From contig NC_073384.1 of NCBI RefSeq assembly GCF_028641065.1, positions 16,988,001 to 17,052,000 of the forward strand: 64,000 nucleotides of DNA, written 5' to 3'. Positions 12,968 through 26,945 of the stretch are shown here, in pieces. The stretch is from Leucoraja erinacea (lineage: Eukaryota). The notes under the pieces were generated by a model. The model worked only from the letters and a program-made list of their open reading frames with translations, made no database searches and was not told where the DNA came from. A program made the position numbers and the translations under genes. Each line of letters opens with the position of its first letter. Position 1 is the first letter of the stretch.

Positions 12968-15125
12968 CCCCCTTTTCATGGGGCGACTTGACGCAAGAGG
13001 TAACCAGAGTTTAACATCGTGGGAACCTCGTGCGGTAACAGTACGGCATTCGTGGACCACCGTGGGGCTAACGGCAGGTAATCGTGTAACTTGGGTACTC
13101 GGGAGAAAATTCAAACATGTTTGAATTTGTCCAAGAGTGACTTGTACACTTGTGGTTGAGCATTGCAACATTTTATGAACGTAGTGGCCAGTGCGATATC
13201 CGTAGTAACTCTTGCGGTCACCGTGGGAACTCCTGCGAACGGTGAACCCGGAAGTTGGATAGAGTGAATCCAGCCAGTTTGCTATTTACATACAAATCTA
13301 ATAAAACTAGCTAACAAGCATTTCATTAATGTCAGTGTGTCTCTTTTTGTCTGAAAGCAGTTTCTAACTGGAGGAACTCCGCGGGCCAGGCAGCATCTAC
13401 GGAGGGAAATTGACAGGCGAGCCTTTCCTCAGGCTGCCTTATCTCTCTACCCCCCCCCTCCCCCCCCCCCCCCCCAACTCCCACCCACACACACACATGC
13501 TGGAGAAACTCAGCGGGTGCAGCAGCATCTATGGAACGAAGGAAATAGGCAACGTTTCGGCCCGAAAAGTTGCCTATTTCTTGTGTATGTGTCGGAAGGA
13601 ACAGCAGATGCCGGTTTAAAGAGAATGAGTAACTCGACGGCAGGCAGCATCTTTGGGGAGAAGGAATGGGTGACATTTCGGGTCGAGACCCTACTGATAT
13701 GCTGCTTGTCCCGCTGAGCTACATGTTGTGTCTATCTTCGTTTTAATCCAGCATCTGCAGTTCCTTCCTGGCCGAACCCGATTGAAAGATGAGAGGCTGG
13801 GCGATAGAAATCATTAATTGAATTAAATAACTAGATACCTGTCTAATCGTATCTACAGGATTGTACAGGCTAGATGGAGGAAGAATGTTCCCGATGTTGG
13901 GGGAGTCCAGAACCAGGGTCCCAGTTTTACAGTCTACCGTGGGAACTCTTTAATTACAGCGGGAAACCTTCAGTTTCCCAGGGGGTCAGGACGGGACTGG
14001 AGTTGGGAGGGAAAGGTGGGGGAGTCGAGGGAGAGGAGGGGGAGACAGATAGGGGTGTCTTCGTTTACTGGCAGTGGGTGTCTGTCACTGAAACAGGCAG
14101 GTGAGATTTTGCATCCACCTTGTGTGCGCCTCTCTCTCCCTCCCTCACTCTCCCTCCCTCACTCTCACACAGGCATGAATGGAGGAACTCCGCGGGCCAG
14201 GCAGCATTTACGGAGGGAAATGGACAGGCGACCCATTCTTCAGGCTGCCTTATGTCTCTCCCCCCCCCCCCAACTCCCACCCACACACGCGAATGCTGGA
14301 GAAACTCCGCGGGTGCAGCAGCATCTATGGAACGAAGGAAATAGACAACGTTTCGGCCCCGCTGCACCCGCTGAGTTTCTCCAGCATTCGTGTGTGTGGG
14401 TGGGAGTTGGGGGGAGGGGGGGGGGGGAGAGACATAAGGCAGCCTGAAGAATGGGTCGCCTGTCCATTTCCCTCCGTAAATGCTGCCTGGCCCGCGGAGT
14501 TCCTCCAGTCATGCCTGTGTGAGAGGGAGGGAGGGAGGAGAGAGAGAGAGAGAGAGAGAGAGAGGCAGTCCTGGTCAGTCCTTTGAAGATAGACACCAGT
14601 TGCTTGGAGCAACTCAGCGGGACAGGCAGCATCTCTGGAGAGAAGGAACGGGTGGCGTTTCGGGTCGAGAGCCTTCTTCAGACTGAAAGTTTCACCTCTC
14701 AGTAGATCATAAAATAACACAATCATCACGGTCAATGTGAGACACAGTCTTTATTCATATTTGACAAAATAAAAAGACGACTTCTTGCACATATTGAGAG
14801 AAGGTGCATCACACCAAACAACATTTGTCTAAAAAAACACAGATTATTCTTCAGCTCATTAAAGAGCTTGGGTGAAAAAAACCAATATAGTGTGTGACAC
14901 AAAGTAACATCATTTGTGCCACGTGATTAACTACACTACAGTCCACGATGTTCATTCACGATTAACGGGAAAGATCGGGAGACGGACAAGTCACTCGCAA
15001 AAATGACAGAATTGCCGAGAACCGTGGGAACTCTTTACTCTACCCCCGTTATATCGTGTGATATCGTGCTAGACCACGACCACCACTCTGGCTACATCTT
15101 GCGTCAAGTCGCCCCGTGAAAACTA
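12968..15125. mobile_element. Non-autonomous DNA transposon (MITE), PIF/Harbinger-like
   Basis: About 38-bp imperfect TIRs, TTTTCATGGGGCGACTTGACGCAAGA.. and ..TCTTGCGTCAAGTCGCCCCGTGAAAA. The host sequence suggests a TAA-like target. Superfamily call is tentative. Confidence 0.7.
14150..14535. repeat. Long near-perfect inverted repeat (arms about 170 bp, loop about 40 bp)
   Basis: 14150-14318 is the reverse complement of 14361-14535; a third direct copy lies at about 13370-13565. Confidence 0.9.
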
Positions 15126-18100
15126 GCCATAAGTTTGACTTCAGTGCTGGGCAAATTAATGGAAAAGATACTTAGAGATAATATATATATAAGCATCTAG
15201 ATAAACAGGGTCTGAGTAGGAACAGTCAACATGGATTTGTGCCTGGCAGGTCATGTTTGACTAATCTTCTTGAATTTTTTGAAGAAGTTACTAGGGAAAT
15301 TGACGAGGGTAAAGCAGTGGATGTTGTCTATATGGACTTTAGTAAGGCCTTTGACAAGGTTCCTCATGGAAGGTTGGTTAAGAAGGTTCAACTGTTGGGT
15401 ATAAATGCAGGAGTAGCAAGATGGATTCAACAGTGGCTGAATGGGAGAAGCCAGAGGGTAATGGTGGATGGCTTTTTATCGGGTTGGAGGCAGGTGACTA
15501 GTGGGGTGCCTCAGGGATCTGTGTTGGGTCCTTTGTTGTTTGTCATGTACATCAATGATCTGGATGAAGGTGTGGTAAATTGGATTAGAAAGTATGCAGA
15601 TGATACCAAGATAGGGGGTGTTGTGGATAATGAAGAGGATTTCCAAAGTCTACAGAGTGATTTAGGCCATTTGGAAAAATGGGCTGAAAGATGGCATATG
15701 GAGTTTAATGCTGATAAATGTGAGGTGCTACACCTTGGCAGGACAAATCAAAATAGGACGTACATGGTAAATGGTAGGAATTGAAGAATACAGTTGAACA
15801 GAGGGATCTGGGTATAACCGTGCATAGTTCCTTGAAGGTGGAATCTCATATAGATAGGGTGGTAAAGAAAGCTTTTGGTATGCTAGCCTTTATAAATCAG
15901 AGCATTGAGCATAGAAGCGAGGATGTAATGTTAAAATTGTACAAGGCATTGGTGAGACCAAATCTGGAGTATGGTGTACAATTTTGGTCGCCCAATTATA
16001 GGAAGGATGTCAACAAAATAGAGAGAGTACAGAGGAGATTTACTAGAATGTTGCCTGGGTTTCAACAACTAAGTTACAGAGATAGGTTGAATAAGTTAGG
16101 TCTTTATTCTCTGGAGCGCAGAAGGTTAAGGGGGGACTTGATAGAGGTCTTTAAAATGATGAGAGGGATAGACAGAGTTGATGTGGACAAGCTTTTCCCT
16201 TTGAGAATAGGGAAGATTCAAACAAGAGGACATGACTTCAGAATTAAGGGACAGAAGTTTAGGGGAATATGAGGGGGAACTTCTTTAATCAGAGAGTGGT
16301 AGTGGTGTGGAATGAGCTTCCAGTGGAAGTGGTGGAGGCAGGTTCATTGGTATCATTTAAAAATAAATTGGATAGGCATATGGATGAGAAGGGAATGGAG
16401 GGTTATGGTATGAGTGCAGGCAGGTGGGACTAAGGGGAAAAAAAAATGTTCGGCACGGACTTGTAGGGCCGAGATGGCCTGTTTCCGTGCTGTAATTGTT
16501 ATATGGTTATATGGTTATATGGAGTACAAATGTGTTTTAACACTGGATAATAGTCCATAGTGAGGTGCTGAAGTTGGGCTGTACAGGGTGGTTCAAGAAC
16601 TTGATAGTTGATGGGAAGAGCTGTTCTTCAACTTGGAGGGAACAGCCTTCAGGCTCCTGTACCTTCTTCCTGATGGTACAGGGAGATGAGAGTATGGCCA
16701 AGGTGATGTGGGTCTGTTTAAAGGTTGTTTTCTTGGCACCATTTGGCCAGTTGATCGATCTCCCTCCAATACTCTGAGTCATCATCATCCATAATTGGTT
16801 CAACTATGGTGGTGTCGTCGGCAGATTTGAAGATGGAATTGGAACTGTGTCCGGCCACACATTAATGGGTACAGAGTGCGGGGCTGAGCACCCAGCCTTG
16901 AGCTGCTCCTGTGCTGATGGCGATCAAGCTGAAAGTTTTGCTGTGAGGTGGAGGAAATGATTACTGATTAGGGAGAAGTTCACAGTGGCACTTGGAGAGG
17001 ACATACTAGAGGATTAATCCACTGTGGGTAGTTTATTCACAGCGGGTAGAGTTCACAATAAATAAAGGCACGATCATGCTGACGGGATGATATAATGGGC
17101 CCTCCAAAAACCAGCAGGAAATAGAAGAACAAATATATAAACTGATTACAGGAAACTAAAAAACTATCAGAGTTGTCAAAATGAGCGATTTTTTACTTCC
17201 CTAATATTAACTCAGACTTCCTTTGTGCTAGAGGCATAGTTAGGGCAGGGTTTGTTGGATTCAATCCGAAAAGCTTTCTTGAACAGTGTGTGGGTAGTCA
17301 AATTCGAAAAGTGACCATACTGGAAACGTACTGGTATTTGGTCCTAGCCATGCGACTGACATTTATTGCCATCCAATGTACCCAACCTTGACAACCATGT
17401 CCCTCCTCCTGACTGGAACATGCCGGTTTTGAACTCTTGATCATTTGGTCTTTAACAGCCCCCCACATGTCAGATGAACTTACCCAATAACAATAGAGTC
17501 CCGGGGAGCCACACAGGCCTGATCCACCCGCCGAACAACACGCATCCCAGTAGGCCCGACTCGCCCAGGGGCCTGATGTGCACTTGCCTCCCAGGAGACT
17601 GCAGAGAACCCTGGCAGCAAAGCCTGTCTGGGTCAAAGGACCCTGGGCAGCGGCAGCGAGAGCCTGGACGTAGGCGGCGGTTGGGCATCGGTGGTGGTGT
17701 GAGCCTCGGCAGCAACAGGAGCCTTGGCGGTGGTGGCACCTCATGACCGTCCCGCGATCAGCGGTCGATGAGCGTGCAGCAGGGAGGGGAAGACAATGGA
17801 GGACCTGGCGCGGGGGGACTGCCATGAAGAACAATTCGGTCCCGGCGTGGGGGGACCGGTGTGGGGGGGGACCGCCGTGAGGGACGGTGGGAGATCACAG
17901 AGGGACCCGGTGTGGCTGAAGGGGGGAAAATCTAGTTTTAGAATCCTCTGCCCAGGAGATAAACCTGTGTTTGTTTATTTGTTTCTTTGTTCATTCCGGT
18001 TAAGCCACTGTGCACATGGCAGCCAGCCAACAGTCACTTGTCAATTTTTACACTTTTATTTTAATTTAATTTTAATTTCAAGTTTTTGTGTACCTGTTGT

Positions 18101-18368
18101 GTGTTGTGACTGTTGGTAGACCAATTCCCCTCTGGGTATGAATAAAGTTCTATCGTATCGTATCATACAGTGTGGAAACAAGCGCTTCGGCCCAACGTGC
18201 CCACATCAAACAACATGCCCAATCTACACTAATTCCATCTGCCTGCAGTCAAGAGTGTTTTATTCTCTCACATACCAGGTAGAACAATGAAATCCTTACT
18301 TGCAGCAGCACAACAGAATTTGTAAACATAGTCCTCTGTAAAGAATGTGATAAACGAGAAAACAAAAT

Positions 18369-18564
18369 NNNNNNNNNNNNNNNNNNNNNNNNNNNNNNNN
18401 NNNNNNNNNNNNNNNNNNNNNNNNNNNNNNNNNNNNNNNNNNNNNNNNNNNNNNNNNNNNNNNNNNNNNNNNNNNNNNNNNNNNNNNNNNNNNNNNNNNN
18501 NNNNNNNNNNNNNNNNNNNNNNNNNNNNNNNNNNNNNNNNNNNNNNNNNNNNNNNNNNNNNNNN
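18369..18564. other. Assembly gap
   Basis: Run of N. Confidence 1.
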
Positions 18565-19164
18565 AGTGGTCGCAGAGGGAGGAGCAACACCCGAGCGGTA
18601 GGGATAAAACCCAAGCACGGGGCTTGTTTCTTACAGAGGCCCGAGAGCCGAGAGCCATTGGAGCGGTCGCAGAGGGAGGTTTAAACCCAAATCTGCAACG
18701 TTCCAACTTCCCTTCGCATTTCAAAACAAGTGGGCTTGAGGAAGCCGCTGATTAGTGGAAGCAGACAAGAGGGAGCAGCTGATTGGGAGTCAGATCCCTG
18801 CTGATTGTATTGTAGCAGTTTGTATTGCAGTTTGTATTATACTTTGTATTGTATCCTAGTAAGAGGGGAGTATGGTTGCCAGGGCAGTTTACTATTCTGG
18901 ATATCAGATGTGGGAGGTTAAGGAATCTGATAACCTTCCAGACGTCCACATCTGCGCCAGGTGCGTCGAGATGGGGCTCCTAAGGGACCCTATTAGGAAC
19001 CTGGAGCAGCAGCTCGATAACCTCCGTCTGGTCATCGTTCAATATGGGCGGCGCGACTCACGTCGCAGCGGCCTCTGCAGTCCGTCTGTCTTTTTATAAT
19101 TTTTTGTCTTGTTTCAAGTTAGATTTTCTTTTTTTTGACGGGGTATGTGTGTGTGTGTGGGGGA

Positions 19165-19211
<47 letters not shown>

Positions 19212-22200
19212 GAAATCTTTCCCCTGCACGGAGAACCCAAACTTTTCCTTGTCGGGTCTCCGTTGTCGTTGGGGCTGAGCAACGTGGAGCGGCCTCCAGC
19301 AGGAACGACCTAGGGCTGCAATAGCCCATTATCTGTTTATTTGCATTTTATCAGTTTATTTATTCATGTGTGTATATATTTATATAATGGTATATGGTCA
19401 CACTGATCTGTTCTGTATTCATGCTTACTATGTCCTGTTGTGCTGAAGCAAAGCAAGAATGTCATTGTCCTATCAGGGACACATGACAATAAACTCTCTT
19501 GAACCTTGAATCTCTTGAACATGCTCTCGTACATTCCTCATTGTTTTCATTCAGCTATGGATGGTCATGCCTTTAACATGCACCTCTCCTTACCCACTCT
19601 TCCGCCCTCCCCACACTTTCCACCACTCCCCCCTCCCACCCCCTATCCAAGCTCTCTTCCTATCTCCTCCTTTCTTGAAACGTAGTACTCTGATCAAGTG
19701 TTTCACACAAGCATAGAACAGTACAGCGGAGGGAAAGGTTCTATGGCCCACCATATCTGTGTCGAACATGATGCCAATTTAAACTATTCCCACCTGCCTG
19801 CACATGGTCTCACCATTCTCTACTTGTTCATGTATTTGTCTAAATGACTATTAACTACTACTCAGATCTGCCTCCACCACTGCCCCTGGCAATGTTCCTA
19901 AGGCAGGCAAGGCCATTGTAGTGGGAGACTCCATTGTGAGAGGTACGGACAGGGGTTTCTGCGGCAACAGACGGGATGCGAGGATGGTGTGCTACCTTCC
20001 CGGTGCCAGGATCCAGGATGTCACGAACAGAGTGCAGAAAATCCTCAAGGGCAAAGGTGAACATCCGGAAGTGGTAGTGCATGTTGGCACAAACGATGTC
20101 GGAAAGAAGGGGATGAATACTCTGCAGCGTGACTTTAGAGAGCTCGGAAAAATGTTGAAAAGCAGGACCTCCTGGGTTGTTATCTCCGGTTTACTTCCAG
20201 TTCCCCGTGCTGGCGAGAGCAGGAACAGGGAGATACGGGACCTGAACGTGTGGCTGAGGAACTGGTGCACGGGGCAGGGATTTAGATTCTTAGATCACTG
20301 GGATCTGTTTTGGGGTAAGGGGGAACTGTACAAAAGGGACGGATTGCATCTTAACAGGTGTGGGACCAGCATTCTGGCAGGCAGGTTTGCCACTGCTACA
20401 CGGGTGGCTTTAAACTGAATAAGGGGGGTGGGGTGTCGAATGGGATAGTGGAGGATGGAGTTAAAGGGAAAGGGTTTCTTAAATGTGTGCGCGTAGAGAC
20501 CGAGGGGTGTAAATTGAGGGTAGAAGCAATAGGTAGCACGGTGAAAAGTAAAAGTGGCAGGCAGACAAAACCAGGGCAAAAATCAAAAAAGGCCACTTTT
20601 CAACATAATTGTATAAGGGGTAAGGGTGTTGTAAAAACAAGCCTGAAGGCTTTGTGTCTCAATGCAAGGAGCATTCGTAATAAGGTGGATGAGTTGAATG
20701 TGCAGATAGCTATTAATGACTATGATATAGTTGGGATCACGGAGACATGGCTCCAGGGTGACCAAGGCTGGGAGCTGAACATCCAGGGATATCCAATATT
20801 CAGGAGGGATAGAGAGAAAGGAAAAGGAGGTGGGGTAGCGTTACTGATTAGAGAGGAGATTAATGCAATGGAAAGGAAGGACATTAGTTTGGAGGATGTG
20901 GAATCGGTATGGGTAGAGCTGCGAAACACTAAGGGGCAGAAAACGCTGGTGGGTGTTGTGTACAGGCCACCTAATAGTAGTAGTGAAGTTGGAGATGGTA
21001 TCAAACAGGAAATTAGAAATGCGTGCGACAAAGGCAAAACAGTTATAATGGGTGACTTCAATCTACATATAGATTGGCTGAATCAAATTGGCAGGGGTGC
21101 TGAGGAAGAGGATTTCTTGGAATGTATGCGGGATAGTTATCTAAATCAACATGTAGAGGAACCAACGAGAGAGCAGGCTATTCTAGACTGGGTATTGAGT
21201 AATGAGGAAGAGTTAGTTAGCAATCTTGTTGTGCGTGCCCCCTTGGGCAAGAGTGACCATAATATGGTTGAGTTCTTCATTAGGATGGAGAGTGACATTG
21301 TTAATTCAGAAACAATGGTTCTGAACTTAAAGAAAGGTAACTTTGAGGGTATGAGACATGAATTGCCAAGATTGACTGGCAATTAATTCTAAAAGGGTTG
21401 ACGGTGGATATGCAATGGAAGACATTTAAAGACTGCATGGATGAACTACAAAATTGTTCATCCCAGTTTGGCAAAAGAATAAATCAGGGAAGGTAGTACA
21501 TCCGTGGATAACAAGGGAAATCAGGGATAGTATCAAAGCGAAGGATGATGCCTACAAATTAGCCAGAAAAAGCAGCATACCGGAGGACTGGGATAAATTC
21601 AGAGACCAGCAGAGGAGGACAAAGGGCTTAATTAGGAAAGGAAAAAATAGATTATGAAAGAAAACTGGCAGGGAACATAAAAACTGACTGCAAAAGTTTT
21701 TATAGATATGTGAAAACAAAGAGATTAGTTAAAACAAATGTTAGTCCCTTGCAGTCAGAAACGGGTGAGTTGATTGGGTGAAAGGAGTTGGAGGAATTGA
21801 GTGAAATCCAGGTTAGCCGGGAAGTGGTGTTGGGTAAATAGAATGGATTAAAGGCCGATAAATCCCCAGGGCCAGATAGGCTGCATCCCAGAGTACTTAA
21901 GGAAGTAGCTCCAGAAATAGTGGATGCATTAGTAATAATCTTTCAAAACTCTTTAGATTCTGGAGTAGTTCCTGAGGATTGGCGGGTAGCAAATGTAACC
22001 CCACTTTTTAAGAAGGGAGGGAGAGAGAAAACGGGGAATTACAGACCAGTTAGTCTAACATCGGTAGTGGGGAAACGGCTAGAGTCAGTTATTAAAGATT
22101 TGATAGCAGCACATTTGGAAAGTGGTGAAATCATTGGACAAAGTCAGCATGGATTTATGAAAGGTAAATCATGTCTGACGAATCTTATAGAATTTTTCGA

Positions 22201-23446
22201 GGATGTAACTACTAGTGTGGATAGGGGAGAACTAGTGGATGTGGTGTATCTGGACTTCCAGAAGGCTTTCGACAAGGTCCCACATAAGAGATTAGTATGC
22301 AAACTTAAAGCACACGGCATTGGGGGTTCAGTATTGATGTGGATAGAGAACTGGCTGGCAAACAGGAAGCAAAGAGTGGGAGTAAACGGGTCCTTTTCAC
22401 AATGGCAGGCAGTGACTAGTGGGGTACCGCAAGGCCCAGTGCTAGGACCCCAGCTATTTACAATATATATTAATGATCTGGATGAGGGAATTGAAGGCAA
22501 TATCTCCAAGTTTGCGGATGACACGAAGCTGGGGGACAGTGTTACCTGTGAGGAGGATGCTAGGAGACTGCAAGGTGACTTGGATAGGCTGGGTGAGTGG
22601 GCAAATGTTTGGCAGATGCAGTATAATGTGGATAAGTGTGAGGTTATGCATTTTGGTGGCAAAAACCGGAAAGCAGACTATTATCTAAATGGTGGCCGAC
22701 TAGGAAAAGGGGAGATGCAGCGAGACCTGGGTGTCATGGTACACCAGTCATTGAAAGTAGGCATGCAGGTGCAGCAGGCAGTGAAGAAGGCGAATGGTAT
22801 GTTAGCTTTCATAGCAAAAGGATTTGAGTATAGGAGCAGGGAGGTTCTACTGCAGTTGTACAGGGTCTTGGTGAGACCACACCTGGAGTATTGCGTACAG
22901 TTTTGGTCTCCAAATCTGAGGAAGGACATTCTTGCCATAGAGGGAGTGCAGAGAAGGTTCACCAGACTGATTCCTGGGATGTCAGGACTGTCTTATGAAG
23001 AAAGACTGGATAGACTTGGTTTATACTCTCTAGAATTTAGGAGATTGAGAGGGGATCTTATAGAAACTTACAAAATTCTTAAGGGGTTGGACAGGCTAGA
23101 TGCAGGAAGATTGCTCCCGATGTTGGGGAAGTCCAGGACAAGGGGTCACAGCTTAAGGATAAGGGGGAAATCCTTTAAAACTGGGATGAGAAGAACTTTT
23201 TTCACACAGATAGTGGTGAATCTCTGGAACTCTCTGCCACAGAGGGTAGTCGAGGCCAGTTCATTGGCTATATTTAAGAGGGAGTTAGATGTGGCCCTTG
23301 TGGCTAAGGGGATCAGAGGGTATGGAGAGAAGGCAGGTACGGGATACTGAGTTGGATGATCAGCCATGATCATATTGAATGGCAGTGCAGGCTCGAAGGG
23401 CCAAATGGCCTACTCCTGCACCTAATTTCTATGTTTCTATGTTTCT
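18565..23446 (+). mobile_element. Near full-length CR1/HER1 LINE, non-functional
   Basis: ORF1 N-terminus (18872, CxxC plus coiled coil); SGNH esterase 19921-20418 (GDS, HVGTND, DGLHL); APE endonuclease about 20640-21386 (NARS, ITETW, GDFN, SDH); RT 21920-23350 (FADD). Frameshifts, an ORF1 interruption at about 19035-19900, and a TTTCTATG tail. Confidence 0.95.
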
Positions 23447-23959
23447 ATTTAATGTGTTACAGGAACCTAACACTCTGTGAAAACACGAACTTGCCTCATA
23501 TATATTTTTTAAACGTTCCTACTATCATCTTAAAATCTTTATATCTAATATCTGATATTTCTACCCTGGAAAAAAAACCTCTGACTATTCTAACCGGTCT
23601 ATGGTGTTGTAGTCAGGCGACTCCTGTTGTGTTGTGTGCAGTTCCCAGAAGTGGATTTGTGATCAGACATTACAATTGCTCCACTCATCAAAATCTTTAT
23701 ATCTACAGCAGCAAGTCTTACTCGAACTATGCTCTTCTTAATCTCCTCTCTGACTACCTAGACCAAAGGACCTCCCAGGATGACTCTTGGAGCTGTGAGG
23801 ACCCGACCAGTGAGACCTAGCACGGCCAACTCTGACCCCAGGCCTGACCCATGCAAGAGCCGACGATGACACCAGTGACTCACAGGGCCAATGTGCTGCC
23901 ACCTGCTGAGTAAACAATGGAAGCGCACTGAGCTGTCGGTGCGGTTGAAGCAACGTTGT

Positions 23960-25290
23960 TTCAGGACACCCCCAGCATATAACTGGCTAATGTGCAGTCT
24001 ATGGAGAACAAGCTGGATGAACTTAAAGTAAGACGGACTTACCGCAGAGTTCTGAAAGACTGCTCTGTGCTCTGTTTCACCGCTAACATAACTGACAGTG
24101 CCATTCTTCAGTTACCAGGGGGGTAACTTTTAAATCTCTCTGCACGGGAGACCCGACCTTTTCTTTGTCGGGTCTCCGTTGTCGTTGGGGCTGCAATGAG
24201 GAGCGGCCTCCAACAGGAAGACCGGGGGCTCTGGTGCCGACTACTCACCTCACCGTCGCGGAGCTGGCCGAGTCCAGAGCGGGTGGAGCGGTGGTGGAGC
24301 GCTGCTGCTGCTGCGGCCCGACCTCCGGAGATTCGGAGGCTGCAACTGCTGGCCTAGCGGACGGCGGCACCAGGAGCCCGCGAGTCCCTGGAGGGAGACC
24401 GCTTTTCAGGGCTCCCGCAACGGCGACTTCTCCCGCCCGAGTTGCGGGGTCGAAGAGCTCCTGGAGCGGGGCCTTACAGCACCGCCCCGCATGGCTTGGA
24501 ATGGCTGCGGGACTCTGCGAGTGCACGCCGGGGGCTCTAACATCAAGAACCCGGTGTGCGACCTTGCATCACCCGGCGCGGCTTTAATGGCCGCGGGACA
24601 ATCGCCATCGCCAGCCGGGGGCTTTGACTTTGACTCTGACATCGGGGGGGGGGGGGGTGCAGTGGGGGGAGATAAGTTTTTTTGGCCTTCCATCACAGCG
24701 GTGGGATGGTTGTTTATGTAAATTATGTTGTGTCTTGGGTCTATTTGTTTGTAATGTATGGCTGCAGAAACATCATTTTGTTTGGACCTCAAGGGGTCCA
24801 AATGACAAATAAGTTGTATCTTGTATCTTGTATCATTCTGCCCCAGGGCTTCTCCCTTCACAAGATGGAGAGCACAGCATTTTCAGGCAAGGCTAGAGGC
24901 GGTGGGGTCTGCTTCCATATCAATACCTCGTGGTGCTGACAATCTCCGGACCTGGAATGTCTGACTATGAAGTGCTGACCCTACTACCTGCCCAGGGAAT
25001 TCACCCCAGCTATCCTGACATAAGTCTACATTCCCCTCCCCCTGCGGGTGTCAACCGTTCTCTGACTGATCTGTACTCTGTTACCAATAGCCTTGAGACA
25101 AAATACCCCAAAGCCCTGGTCATTGTAGCCAGGGACGTCAACCAAGTGTGTACTATCAAAATAGTATTAGCAGGTCTGTTCTCCTACAAGGGGCCAGAAC
25201 ACATAAAAAATACACCTACTGCTCCATTCCCCAGCCACATTACAAGAAATCTGACTAGCTGTAATTTTACACCCTGCCTACAAACAAAGT
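23960..25290 (+). mobile_element. Decayed Rex/Babar (L2-related) LINE endonuclease fragment, split by a GC-rich retroposon
   Basis: LANVQSMENKLDEL..DCSVLCFT, resuming as SGKARGGGVCFHINTSWC. Confidence 0.65.
24108..24833 (+). mobile_element. GC-rich non-autonomous retroposon
   Basis: No ORF; 3' hairpin tttggacctc-aa-ggggtccaaa, (TTGTATC)n tail, candidate TSD CATTCT (24102-24107 and 24834-24839). Confidence 0.7.
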
Positions 25291-25667
25291 GAAGCAGGAA
25301 TATCTGATACAGACATGCAACAGGCTATCAATCAGCTACAGATATGGGTGGAGAAATGGTGGATGGAAATTAATGGAGATTAATGAAATATAAGGTGTTG
25401 CACTTTGGGAGGTCAAATGCAAGGGGGAAAGTGTACAGTTCATTGCAAGACATTTAATACAATTCCATAGCTCCCTGAAAGTAGCAAACCATTAGATAAA
25501 GAGGTAAATAGGGCGTACGGTATGCTTGCCTTCATTAGTCGGGGCATTGAGTATAAGGTTCAGAAAGTCATGTTGAGGCTTTATGTAACTTTGGTTTGGC
25601 CACATTGGTGCTCCATTACAATAAGGAGGCTTTGGAGAGCTTTGCCAGAATGATGCAAGGATTAGAG

Positions 25668-26945
25668 CAGTGGTTCCCAACCTTTTTTTGGCCATGCCCC
25701 ACCGAATCACCTCTAAAATCCTGATGCCCCCCCCCCCCCCCCCCCCCCCCCCCTTGCATTCCCTTGGGAGAAAACGGAGGAAATAGATATTATACGGGTA
25801 ACTTAGCAAAAGCTCTTTGAATCGCATTTCTAAATGCAATTCAATAAATAAGGTTCTCCCATGACCTCGCGCGCTTTGTGCGACGTGCATGAAGAGCGAT
25901 GGCGCGGTGATTATGGAATAACTATACAATAAAGACCTTTTTTACCCCCAAAAAATTATTTACTCAAAATAACATCTGAAACATAAACTTCATATGTTTA
26001 CCTGATGGAAAATCAAAAAAAAAAAAAAATCGAAAATTTGGACCCAGACAATACAATACAATACAATACAATACAAATTTATTATCATTTGAGCCCCAGT
26101 GAGACTCAAACGAAATGTTGTTTCCACAGCCATACAAACAAAGACACTGTCTTACAGACATACACATAATTAAATTCACACAAACATCCATCACAGTGAA
26201 GCCACTGTGATGGAAGGCAAGTCTTTTCTCTCCCCTGTTCTCCGTGTCTCTCCCGATGTCCAAGCCCCCAGGCGGGCGATGATGAGTCCCACGGCCATTT
26301 TAGGCCGCGCGGGGCGATTTACGGCCCCGCTCCCGGTCTGAAAGTCCAAGGTTGGAACCCCCACGGGCGATGGTGAGTCCCACGGCCATGAAGCCGCGCC
26401 GGGTGATGTACTGTCCCGGTCCGGGTTGTTCCAACCCCGTGACACCGGCTGGAGAAGTCGCGTTGCGGGAGCTCCGGGAAGCGGTCTCTCTCTCTCCTCC
26501 CGGACCCGCGAGCTCCCGATGTCACAGTCCACCGGACCTGTGGCTGCGTTGCTGGAGCCTCCGGGCCCCAGGAGTCGAGTCGCAGCAGCGAGTCACCGCC
26601 GCTCCCCACGCTCCGAGGCCGGCCAGCCCCACGATGGTGAGTAGTCCGCAGCTCCGCAGCTACGCAGTCTCCGGGACTGGAGCCCCCGGGTCGTTCAGGT
26701 TGGAGGCCGCTCCACGGTGCTAGGCCCCAACGACAGCCGAGACCCGACAGGGAAAAAGTCGGGTCTCCCGGACAGGGAAGAGATTTAAACAGTTTCCCCC
26801 GCCCCCCACATTTACACATTTAAAAATACTATTAAAAAACACCAAGCACTACATTTAACTAGACCTCCTCAGTCGCGCTCAATTGCCCCCCTTAAAAATC
26901 AAATTGCCCCCCTGTGGGTCGTACGCCCCATGTTGGGAACCACTG
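25668..26945. mobile_element. hAT (Charlie-like) MITE
   Basis: Perfect 14-bp TIR CAGTGGTTCCCAAC/GTTGGGAACCACTG and 8-bp TSD GATTAGAG (25660-25667, 26946-26953), inserted into a decayed CR1. Confidence 0.92.
26051..26860 (-). mobile_element. GC-rich non-autonomous retroposon nested in the hAT MITE
   Basis: (TTGTA)n tail, 3' hairpin, homology to 24108-24833. Confidence 0.7.

Larger units (their letters stand above)
12395..16522 (+). mobile_element. 5'-truncated CR1 LINE (second subfamily, (TTATATGG)n tail) split by a MITE
   Basis: ORFs 12409-12948, 15239-15784 (YADD) and 15781-16272. The NYRPV|SLTSV motif is broken at about 12962/15130. Confidence 0.9.

Noticed and set aside
19921-20418. SGNH esterase as a host gene
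   Set aside because: Known ORF1 domain of CR1-clade LINEs, directly upstream of the ORF2 endonuclease.
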